A DNA stretch of 64,000 nt from Orbicella franksi (taxonomy: Eukaryota), in the NCBI GenBank assembly GCA_964199315.1, contig OZ116706.1:11780001-11844000 (forward strand), written 5' to 3'. The number at the start of each line of letters is the position of its first letter. The first letter of the stretch is position 1. Shown piece by piece: positions 22,657-34,100 of this stretch. The notes under the pieces are model-generated. The model saw nothing but the letters and a program-made list of their open reading frames with translations. It was not told the DNA's origin and did no database searches. The translations under genes and the position numbers were made by a program.

Positions 22657-22965
22657 CTTTCTATTTCCCCTGATCTGATAGAAAGTAAAACCAGTCATGT
22701 ACACTAGAGAGCTTGTGTCACACTCCCCACGGTCATCAATCAATTCACATACATTGACCTCATCTTGAGCATCGAGACGCCATTTGTAGTTGTAAGAGAC
22801 ACACTTCTCGTTACGACTACAGGCTTCCAAACAGCCTAACCAGTCCACGTCGTAAATTGTTTGGGAAATGAGTCCCGTAAAAGCGTGATTTCGAATCCCA
22901 CGAAAACCGAAGCAATTCACTTGAATTGAAAAGAGCAAGAAAAGGGAGAGCAATGACGAATTCAT
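22657..22965 (-). CDS. PAN/apple + fibrinogen-related (FReD) gene, coding exon 1: signal peptide + PAN/apple-like domain
   Basis: MNSSLLSLFLLFSIQVNC signal, CLEACSRNEKCVSYNY...CEL motif, donor AAG|GTAAAG in phase 0. Confidence 0.75.
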
Positions 22966-25467
22966 TGTGCAGGTTTAGACCAGATGCACAATTTGTATTC
23001 TTATGGGTCTGAATACAGTTTGATTTGACATCAGTTTCCTTTCGCCTTCAATTTTAGCTGACACAAACAAATATCACGTCCCTTTTTTCCCGACACTTTG
23101 CCGCACATCTAATTAATGTTCTACAATGAATAGTGTCTTGCGTAAGAGTGTCTTGCGTAAGACACTTGTCATCTCGCTTGACAAAATGTCACCAACAGAA
23201 GTTGCCAAAGCTAAAATTCAATTCGTCTTTACTATTTTCGCAATTTACATGATCGCGCATTAGACACAATAAGAAAAGTTAGGTTCGTTTGTTTGTTGTT
23301 GTTGTTTAGCTGATAGCAAAAGTTCAGAGAAGAGTAAAATAAGAAAATCTTTTTCTTTTTTAATGAAAAAGTAATTATCAGAATTTAAAGTGCCGGATGC
23401 AAAGATTGTTTTTCAATACACTAACTCATCACTATTATTGTTTTAATTTTAATTAGCGCAATGGCCTTGTATGTACCAACTATAATCAGTATTATTTTTT
23501 TAAAAAATTTTAGATATTTTAAATTTTGTAGTTTAAAATGATGAACTGAGATACATGATTGGTTAAAAAGGTATCAATTTTTTTTAATTGAAAACTATTG
23601 TCCTCCCGTTCTCTGTCTAATTTATGATTCTTTCTTTCTTTCTTTCTTTCTTCTTTTTTGATGAAGTTTTATAGTTTTACAGATTATGTGCTACATTGAT
23701 CCGTCGTGTCGACTTTTCACCCGGAAGGGAAAGCGACGAACAAGGTGCTGTCACTTTCGTGTGTAAATACTACAGAAGACCAATTAAATTTTCGTCCAGC
23801 GATTTGAATTGAGATAATTGAGCTATTGCATGTAAAGGCAAGTTAAAACTTACACTGTATCTCAAAATAGGTATGTTTGATGTGTTCTTTTAGTATCAAT
23901 CAGTTTGATTTCCAGTTAAACTATAGCTGCTGTGTACCGGCTATTGGAGCTGAGCGAGCATCGTTTTGCAAATTATAGAGCATGACGTATGTTTCGGATG
24001 CTGTGTTGTTAGTGCAATCACCTCCCCTTCTCATATGGAAATATATTGTGAACCAAATAGAAAATGGCGTTCCTATCTTTTCTCAGAAAATAATGCACTT
24101 TTGAGGTCTCAAACAACTGCTGATCGCACTCACGCGTTATGCCCAGACACAAAACCTCGTTTGTGCACAAAGAAAAAGGCTATAGAAGAGAGACCTTTGG
24201 TCGTTTTATTACAGATTTTAGTCTGGCGCTGAGTTAAAATACGTTCGTCTGTTATATCGTTCGTCTTGTATTTATAATTAACTAGACGAATTATATATGT
24301 ACGGCACCGTCTATGACGGGTAAACTCGTTAATTTTCTGTGGTGTTCCACACGATGACATTAAATTTTGAATGACGTTATCAACCAAAGATCGTTTTGGA
24401 TACGTCAGTGTTGTTGAACGTGAAACATTAACACTGCAATGTTCCCAGTCGTGAAAGTCACTAAATTTGGTAGCTATACAATGCAGGTTGCACACAGGGT
24501 TAGAAATTACATATCTTCAAAGTTTACCCGAGACATACGAGAGGTCTTTAACCGGCTTTGAGAGCCCCTCCTGTAAGCTAGTACGAGAAACATCTGCCTC
24601 AAGATCCCTTCCCCCTCCTCCCCCCCCCCCAAAAAAAAAAACCCAGCCCTGTCTGAAAAGGATTGCCATAGAAACAAATAGGTGACGATAGTAAACCGTT
24701 CAAAGAAATGGCCTCACGTCATCGTTATATCTCCGTTGTTTTGTGCGCCGTTACCCGTGTCAGCCTAACGAATTCACAGTTAATTTGGGTGTGTGTACGC
24801 GTAAGAGGCAAAGTTTGGCAAATCGTAGAGACGTTCCAAGTGGCCACAGCCTAGTTTCCAGGGTTTTCCCTTGAAATCTCCAAATTTCGAAGGAAAAGCC
24901 CTTAAAACGAATTTGACGTGGGCGATATTTTCGAGACGTCTTGTAGATGGACCACAAAAATAAAGGAAATCGTCAAACTTTAGACTGTGCGCTTAAATCT
25001 CATTTCTCATAACAAAAAGTGCTGTAACGAGGAAGAGATTTCTATGGCACATTTCAACCAGATTTTAGGGCGGAAATGACTGTACGTCTGACACGAAAAA
25101 CGGAAAAATACGATGTACTTGAGCAGTCTTCTCTCCTCTTTGTGATCTCTGTCACTGAGGAACTTTCCATTGTTTTCAAACTGTTTTTGTTTGTTTTTGT
25201 TTTTTTGTTTGTTTGTTTGTTTGTTTGTTTGTTTGTTTTTTTAGCAAACAGTTGTTTCCAGGTGATAAGTCATTTTCGCCGGCGTGATTATCGACTTAAT
25301 AGTCATACTTGCTGAGGTGTCAATGGTCTTTCGACACTTTCGTTTGTCGTAAAAGGAGGTTTGGTCGTTTCAACGGACTTCCTAAGTACATATAAGCTTG
25401 TGTGAGTTTTAATTCTCTCTCAGAGCGGTAGTGCGTCATTGTTGGGGAAATCAAACTGACACCCCTC

Positions 25468-25570
25468 AGGGGGGGGGGGGGGGCACTGTCATATATGGGC
25501 TATGTAGGTATGTGCCGCTGTGAAGGGTATGGTTTTCAAGCAGTTTACTCTAGGATAGGGTATATAAATC
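25468..25570. mobile_element. MITE end fragment, related to 2038-2410
   Basis: G-tract followed by CATATATGGGCTATGTAGGTATGTGC, a reverse-complement-like match to the 2345-2370 end. Confidence 0.5.
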
Positions 25571-25973
25571 ACTGCGATCCGCAACATAATTTTACGATCT
25601 TAACATTGTTGATTCTGTTTTCTTTATTAAACTGGCATCAGCACATCTTTCTCCTTGAGTTACTATTTCAAGGAAAAGTAATTATTTCCTTTACTCTTGT
25701 TCAAACTGTCCCGAAACAGTGCATGGTTGTTCAGATAAGTAATTTGTTGTACACAAATTATGGCAAAGAACTGTGAAAGACATCCATGTTCCCGAATCCC
25801 ATCCCGAGTTTTTCAGTTTATACTAACTACTGATAACTGCCTAGAGATTATTTTCTTTACGTATATTCCAAACATGGGAAAATAAGAGCCTTCTTCTGTG
25901 CTCTTTGTCTCAGCCGGCAAACAACAACAACACTCAAGGTAAAGTCCAATGTTCTCTCACTGGTATTGGCGGG

Positions 25974-26168
25974 TAGACCTTTTTAGCTTGGGTGGTTTGT
26001 CGCCACATTTCAAACAATGTGACGGTACTCTTGAGAATTTTTGCTTTCAAATTTCCAAATAGTCGCGTGTATATGAATGAATAATTTTTAGATGGATAAT
26101 AGGACAGTTATCTAAAGAATATCAGGTGGTTTGTAATGAAAAACAAACCGCCCAAGCTAAGGAGGTCT
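25974..26168. mobile_element. MITE, same family as 11024-11217, opposite orientation
   Basis: TAGACCTTTTTAGCTTGGGTGGTTT ... AAACCGCCCAAGCTAAGGAGGTC. Internal CGCGTGTATATGAATGAATAAT is the reverse complement of copy 1. Confidence 0.8.
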
Positions 26169-27039
26169 GTTATTAGATAACCGGACAAATCTACTTTTGG
26201 TAGTGCTAGAGAATTCAGAGTTCAGAGCATAATTAATGACTCACTAGGCTTAGAAAAACAGTTTGCCGCAAGCTTACTTGTCAAAATTTTGACCCTTTGC
26301 AGGTGAGGATGTTAATATTCAGATAGGATAATAAATTGGTGGTTAAAATTGTATACATTGCCAATTGTCAGGTGGTTTGAAGACGCAATTTTTTTGCGCT
26401 AATCAGTTGTCATAATCTTTTCCTCTATTGTAACATCGTCCCACTGGATTAAATTCAGTTGGGGTGGTCGAAATAGTTTAAGTTTATTGATGATGAAAAT
26501 CGCATGTCTGCCAGATAGATGTTTCCTAATCGGTTAAACGCCACCCTAAGCATAACTTTACAGAACTGGTGCAATGTTAATCGCCGGGCGTTTCCTGCCG
26601 TGTTCACAATGTGGCGATACTTACTTGAAAGATTGAAAGGATTTGCTGTCGAGCGAGAAATTTTGAACACATAAGGATCAGCATGCAGATCCTATTCTAA
26701 ATTCCAGATTAACGAGGATAGCACAACATCCTAGGTAGAATCGCCGCTATATCGCAGTTACCGTTAATCCTAAATCCTCAGGGTTTATTTTCTTAGCAAC
26801 TTTGAGGGGGGCTAAACTTTAGGGAAGAGAATTAAACTACCCAGTATTTTCAACGGCTACGAAGTATTAAGGGAATGGAAGTTTAAAAAATTATAAAACC
26901 TTGTTCCAATATTTCCTGCTCTAAGAAAGAGATTAAGAAAAATGTCTCGCACGACATGCGACAGGCGAAGAACAGAGAAATGGTTATCACTTTTAACACT
27001 AGTGAATAAATAAAAGATCATATACTTGAACTGCCGAGA

Positions 27040-27415
27040 AAGATCTGCTAGATATGAAGACATGATCGATCATTTATATACACAACTTAAGCAGTTGAGA
27101 AATTAAGGGCTGAAAAAAAATACGGGCTTGAACTGGATTCGAACCCATGGCCTCCGCGATACCGCTGCAGTGCTCTCCCAACTGAGCTATCAAGCCAACT
27201 CGGAGTTCGTAACGTTGTGAGTTCGTAATACATGTATACCCGTAAGGTGGTGAAGAATGCAAGTGAATATTATATGAACGATCATATATTTGACCTGGGG
27301 AGAAAGATATGAGGGCATGATTGATCGTCGCAGTTATATATACAACTTAAGCAGTTGTGAAAGTAGAAGCCTGAAAAAATTTCAGGTTTGAACGGGATTA
27401 GAACCCATGACCATC
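27040..27415 (-). mobile_element. tRNA-derived (Thr-GGT-like) SINE/tandem repeat, ~1.5 units; tRNA-like core 27125-27196
   Basis: GGCTTGATAGCTCAGTTGGGAGAGC...GGT...GGTTCGAATCC..CAAGCC with A and B boxes. The anticodon stem is imperfect. ACAACTTAAGCAGTTG is repeated ~240 bp apart. Confidence 0.75.
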
Positions 27416-29257
27416 ACTACTAAGTGATATTAGTTTGCCTTAACAATCCCTGTCACCCATCTATGCTTCTGATTCGAGATGGGCACTGCGACGTCAAAGT
27501 GTCGTACTTATGCAATATCGCAATGAACCCAGCCAGTCGATCCGAAGCGCTCACGATAGTTGTTGTAACCTGGTATTTAAAGACATTGTATGAAAATGCC
27601 TGATCAGTCTGAACGCGATTCAACACTGTGCTGGTTGAACGCGATGCAACCTTGTGATCCCCGGCTAGGGCATGTTGTAAGCTTTTTAACGTTCTGGAAC
27701 ATTGTGGTGGCTTACTACAGTTTTCTCGAGACTCGGTAGCCTCACTCAACGAATGCCCGCCAGGCGTGATCAGGATTAGCCGCGCGTGCCAAATTGACGC
27801 AAGGAACCCTGAGAAGAAATGAAAACAACTTCAGCAGTTGAAACGCGCCAAACCACTCTGCTATACGTAGCGATAGTTTCAAATTGTTTTTAAACATGTG
27901 TTTAAGCCTAGCACCGATAAAATATAACAAACAAGACAGATAAACAGCTGGTAAAGGAGTTCTAATTTACTGCTGCTTTTGCGCACGCAAAACATGGCGT
28001 CACATGAGCACTCGCTTAAATACAGGGCATGCGCGGCTCAGTTCCCGCGGGTTGGTTCTTTGATCCATGATCCAGGATTTTTCGAGGACCTAACGTACAA
28101 CCCATGATGAAATTTTCAGAGTAGATTTGTAGGAGTAAATCGCATTTAGAGCCAAAATTAAAAAAATAAATTACTATGCAAGACAGATTTTGAGTTATTT
28201 TTGAAATAGGCAATATTTCACCTTTTTCTTTTGTTTGTGAAAAATCTGCCTTGAAGATTTTTGTTTTACTTTGCATAAATGTTTAAACAGAGCCAGTTTA
28301 TAATTCTTGAAATTGTGAGGTTGGGTCTTACGGGAAGATTTGAGAAGAATGTCATTAAACCTAATAGTGCCCAATCTCAATGGGCACTCGGTTGTTCATT
28401 TTGGCTTTTCATGAATAACGTTTGAATAAGCCATTTTGCTCATGTAAATTTTTCCTAGTTCCATTCCCTTGTGGGGGCAAGAAGTGATCACTCGGCCAAA
28501 AATGGCCTCATTAATTAATCAAATAGATCAAATTTTGCCACCACGATGCAAGGAACTGGAGGTAGCGTTAGCAAAATGGTGTATTGTTCAAGTAACACAT
28601 ATACATGTAATGGTAAAAGACTTAAGCAAACAGTAATTAGGGAAAGGAAAAACATCTTGGAAAATTTTTCGAAAGAGTTAAAATTAAAGTTGGGCTGTTA
28701 TAATCTATCAAAACTGTAGTAAGCCACCTTGAGGGCGAGTAAACAGAAATGACCACTAATGCAGCTTCATTTAACAGACCCCTTACAACTATGTTATGTT
28801 GTAGTAGCCAGGCCAAACTGTGTTGAATCACGCTTGCTGAGATCTACAGCCAATTGTTAAAGTAACGTCCCTGGATAAAAATGTCACTTTCTATTAGGAG
28901 TTTGAAGACTGACAAGTCTGAACCAGAAATAATGACCTCTCGTAATTAAGAGTTGTGACGTAACCCTTTCCTCCTTACGTTCTTCGATAAGCTCGTTGAA
29001 TGTCTTATTGAGCGAGCCTGATTCGAGATCCATCATATGATTTGTGACGAATTTACTGTTTTACAACTCTCCTGGTTGTTTACCGTTCTGCGTGGGTGTC
29101 GTTAATATTTCATCTAACTTTCTCAAATTCATTGATAATTCATCAAGTTTAAACAAGGGAAGTCATGATCGTGGCGGTGTTTGGACATTTGATCTTAATT
29201 ATCATAGATTTTTACGATTTTATTTCTCCGTTTTCTCCTTAGCTTTAGTTTGAGAAG

Positions 29258-29402
29258 ATATATCAAACACTCAAGACAGTGTTTGACCACATTTCCAAAC
29301 ACCTCGATGTTCGTCAAAAATACTCCGCTGCGCGTCGTATTTTCAACTCTCTTCCCGGTTTTTGGAAATGTGGCCAAACACGGCCTTTCGTGTTTGATAT
29401 AT
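29258..29402. repeat. Hairpin core of a larger (~28950-29410) interspersed repeat
   Basis: Arms ATATATCAAACAC..GTGTTTG.CCACATTTCCAAA / TTTGGAAATGTGG.CAAACAC..GTGTTTGATATAT. Confidence 0.75.
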
Positions 29403-30020
29403 TACTTAAGCATATTTATGTAAGTCGAACACAACGAAATCAAAAGTAAACTATTATTTTAAACTACACCTGATGCTAAACTAGAAACCGGGATAAGCTC
29501 CGGCCTGGTGGGCCACTTGCAGACTTTACCTCTTTACCTTTTACTGATGTTAAACTAGAAATGACTTCGTCTGTAATCTTATCAGACTTAAAACTCAGAC
29601 ACGATTAGTTCTAACTCTGTTAAAATCAAGGGGGTCCGTGTAAATCACCGCCTTAAGACGTCCTAATGGTCAGAAGCCTATTAGATCACTGTTATTTCTT
29701 TCAGCAAGACAGAAGTTACGTTGATCCTGTCTCTGCTGAAAGGTAAACTACTCTGAAAACTCACGCTTTTTTTCCCTACACATGCTTCTTACCTAGGTAG
29801 GTGTTAAACTTGCAATTGTTCACTATTCGATCTTGGTTCAAAAAATGTTCAAAATGTTGTTGAAATGATGTTGTTTACAGTAGCCAATGCGCTTAGCTAC
29901 ACCTAGCTGTAGTTTACAGGCATTCCACTTAAACTGAAAGAAACAAATATATCAACTAAACCAATAGGCTTAAAAATCCCAACAGGCGAGAGGCAGACCA
30001 GTTGGATGAATTGGGGAAAA

Positions 30021-30096
30021 TGGTCAGAGCGGGACATAAACCCGAAACCTTCAGATTTCCAATCCAGCGCCCTAACCACTGGGCCACGATGCCTCC
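30021..30096 (-). mobile_element. tRNA-derived SINE head
   Basis: Reverse complement GGAGGCATCGTGGCCCAGTGGTTAGGGCGCTGG...TCCCGCTCTGACCA: intact A box, decayed B box. Confidence 0.65.
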
Positions 30097-30746
30097 CCCT
30101 TGGTTGACGTCATCATTTGTATTTCCAATTCACCCGATGGAAGAAAAAAAAAAAAAACGTAATAATCACTATCATAAGCGTCCTTGCGTAGTTTTAAAGA
30201 AATCGATTTAAAACCTCTTTAAAAATTATGAATACAAACTGTTCAATATCACAGTTAGAGGCTTTTCTGCAAGGAAATGTCTCGGCAAGCATAGTTCTCT
30301 CTTTGTTACCAGAAGAGACCGATTTTGATACATTAAAGTTCTAACATGGTGGGGTAGGGGGATTAAAACAATAGAGATTGTTCAGTGGTATTAGTCCCCT
30401 GAGCCTCTAGTCGAAGCCATGTTTAAAATTGAAAAAAATTCTAAGTGGCTTATTAATAAAATGCCCATGTTCAGAATAGGCCATACTCATTTTCTCATAA
30501 TTGAACTGGAACTTGCTTGTAACTAAGACTTTACAAATGAAAATGGTATTTATCTTTTTTTTATGATATATCCCCGCATGAGCCTCCATTGCATGCTAGT
30601 TCCAGTCCAATAGCAAAGCGAGGTCTAAAAAAAGATTGCATTATATTTAGAGGCTGAGACAACATTAGCGTGCTCTGAGAGGAATAGAGGTAGTTTAGCC
30701 GAAGTTCATTTCAAAAACGTACCTTAACCACCTCATTTCGCTCAAT

Positions 30747-31135
30747 ATGGGTGGTACCAAGAACTACCGTTGGGGAACATGCAATAGTTAAAATTAATAT
30801 TTTAAGAGGAGGACTCCAATCAGGCCAAGAGGTGGTTTTCAGGAGGGTCCTAAATAGTGATGCCAGATGTCCCGAAAAACTGCATAACGCCCTGAAAGAA
30901 ATGCTGGAATGGGGTATGGAAATATTGATACCCTTTCCGAAGCCATCGCAAGGAATCGAACGCTGTCAACGCTGGATCTATACTCGTTCCCGTGAAAATT
31001 TTACCGTCGATAAGATTACTAGATCGTCAAACCCTGCGCCATTCCGGTTTCTTTGTCTGAGTCTTGCGGGGATCCAAATTTCAATGACGCCACTCGACTC
31101 GTGGACATCGCTATTCCGAACACACTGGCCTTTTG
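30747..31135 (+). pseudogene. Decayed THAP zinc-finger domain (transposase N-terminus) interrupted by a 70-bp insertion
   Basis: Removing 30789-30858 (AATAGT direct repeats) gives MGGTKNYRWGTCNSDARCPEKL...IPFPKP..ERCQRWI...ENFTVDKITR, and a later HWP. Confidence 0.55.
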
Positions 31136-34100
31136 AAGCAAAACCGATGCTGACTTGAAGAGATCAGGTCATAATCATAATCATAGAAATTAGAAATAAA
31201 CTTACTAATCAAAGATGGGCTCCTTCTGTAAATTAAGCTCAATTTAATACAGTCAAAAATATTAGAGCACGTTCCAAACAGCACATACCCATGTTTGCTT
31301 TTGCCAAGTTTACAGGAAAGGCGATGACCTTAATTTCCGAATGACAAAGAAAAATTGACAAAGATTAATGGTATTTTAAACTACCGATTAATTTTAAAAG
31401 CTCTTCTGTCGGAGGGGCAAGGTTTGATGGAAACAAGTTATCACTCATTTCTTCAAATCTCTAGTTTTAATTTTGCTCTGCACGTTTGGCAAATTTGGTG
31501 TGCTTAAGACTGAAGCCTGTTCCAGGCTTTAAGGTTCAACGAGCCAAGTAGCCGTTATCCCTATAGCTAATCCCGCCCCTCTCTTTGTTTGCTTTAATCA
31601 TTGTACAAGATTCCTTGAAAAAGTCCGTTCATTAGTCTTTGAGCCTTGAATAGGCTAGTTAACTTCGGTAATTGTTTTCCCAGCTGAAAAGATGCTCTTT
31701 AAAACTGGCTTAATAAAATACAGACAGTTTTCTGGGCCACCAAGGAGTGCAACACTGGCACGAGATGGGCTGTGTTATTTTTTAATTTGTTTATTTATGT
31801 ATTTATTTTGCATTCTCTGTTGACATATATTATTTCTTGGCTCTGGTCAGACTATTACTTGCTGAAATTTCAATACCCATGCGATGTACCAATATGAGGA
31901 AGCATTTCGTTGACAACCTTTTGTCATGCTCCTTAAAGGCTTTTTATCTCCTTTAACTTGTGAACAGTTTAATGAACTTGGCATAGAAAACAAAGGTATA
32001 ACCTCCGGCCCTTATTTTTAGCCGGACTTACTTTGTTTCAGGCATTCCTTTCTTTGGCATGTTACCAAGACACTGGATTATTTTAATCGCTTGCCCCCTA
32101 GGGTTATTTTAGGCCATTAACTGCTCTGTATTTTTTAAGTTTGTCGTTTTTATTATTTTTGCTGTTGTTGTTGTCATCTGTTCTTTCTTTTAGAAACAAG
32201 TTTTCTCCATAATAAACAATAAATTATTTTCTCTATGTTTTTCCACCGTCCAGTGAGAAAAGAATTGTGGTAAAAAGCAATTCCCATTTTCGATGTTCTC
32301 GTTTATTTTGTATTCTCTTTAGTTTGAAGAGGAATGATATGCTAATCGTAACCAGGCCCTGAAGGAGTGAACAGTGCGAACATATGGAACACGAAAATGA
32401 AAAACAGTGCCCCTCTCATTTCGTCCTTCCGTGCCCAGTCTGTCTGGGCAGTGTTCGAGGAGTTCATTCAATTGTGGGAAATAATTCTTTTCTAGAATTT
32501 AACACTTCCTATGGCTATGTGCTAACAATAACAGAAAGGTGCGACTGTTGTTAATCCTAATTTACCGCTGCGAGCGTGGGGAAGAAAAAGGCTTTAGTAT
32601 TCTGTTGATTAATTCTTTGGAAAGGTCATCACGTTCTTTTCAAACTTAATAAGGGTGATAACCTCGCGCTCTCACGGTCTAGAAATAGAAATACTTATTT
32701 AATGAACACGATGACAACCCAGCGAGGCTGAGATGCTGTGATAACGCGATAAAGAAGGATTTCCGTGGATCGCAGTATGAAGTTTTCAACCTGTTTATCG
32801 AATGCCAGCCCTGATATTTCATGTCACAATTTTTAAAAGTTGTTTTGGAGTTGCCGATGACAGAGCATGAAAATTTGAAATATTCGACAGTATTATAATC
32901 GTGAGGGGAAAATTGTGGAAGGTGTCTGACCAAAGATGTACGATCATGAACGTTCGGCTCACAACGGCGTGAACAGTATGATAATATATCAGTTTATATC
33001 TTTGACTAAAGAGCCACTAGATGTTTTTCAATCTTATTTTCAAACTCTCAACGGAGTAATTTTTCTCCTTATGAACACCTTGCTGGTATTTCTTAAATTT
33101 GCTTCTCTGTCTAGCAAAAACAGCCCGCATTAGTTTCTATAAGTGTAAGAGCTCTTTTCTGATGGCGAGTGTGAGGAGAAAGGTTAGTGGGTGAGACTGA
33201 ATTGCGAAGTAGACATCGAAGAAAGCAAATATTTACAGCTGTCATCAGTATATACTTCATTATCACTATATGAAAGTAGATGTTTCCAGTTGTTAAGGTT
33301 GATATGAGTAACACTGAAATGTTATACGGGAAAGAAATCATTCGAAAATATCCTAGGTATAAGAGCTGCTCGACAACGTACAATAAATTGCATGTACCCC
33401 ATACCCATATTACTTTTTCTGTTACGTGAGGACATACTTAGTAAAATGTAAGTGTGTTTTTTTTTCTTTCACACTCATTTGACCACAGAGCGGAAGCCGT
33501 TTGCCACATATGTATTTTTCTTGTTTCTGTGTTTTCTTTTCTCTTAATCTAAGGCCTGTACATCCTTCTTATATAGATAATGCCTTGCTAATTGTCAGGT
33601 GAATGTAAAGGCTTACTGACTATCGGCTTAAAACTCCATGGCGACCAAGCCAGTGATTATGAACACTCATGAGAGCCGGAATTATGCGGTTGGGAACGTA
33701 TCGCCAAATTAGGGCACGAAATTCCTTACAGTTCTGCCATGCACAAGATAGTTAAATATTTCTGTTACCAGAACTTCCATCAAAGCGCACGTACGTACCT
33801 AAAGTTTCTAGGTCTGAATGATGTCAAAAGCAATTGGTGCAGCCCTGAAAGTATAATGGGATTTGACCGCACTTTATCAATCCAATTGACTTTTCTTGTG
33901 TTTACGTGTTCTTTTTTTCTTTTATTACGTCATCGATGACCAAAAATAGATTTGTCTAGGTACCCTAAAAAAAGAGTTAAGAGAAAACGTACCTATTTAG
34001 GTAAAGTTTTTAACACCGTCTAATACAGTTAAGTCACAAATCATGCTTCTATACCTTTTAAAAGAATACGAGGCAGCTTATGATAAGGTAATCTACCCCA

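Noticed and set aside
26450-26670. Possible GPCR remnant (RSTAN..FCKV)
   Set aside because: Only two short motifs, with no convincing transmembrane segments.
27453-27749. 98-aa minus ORF faintly like a GAIN/GPS region
   Set aside because: The key CxxW/GC residues are absent and no splice support was found.
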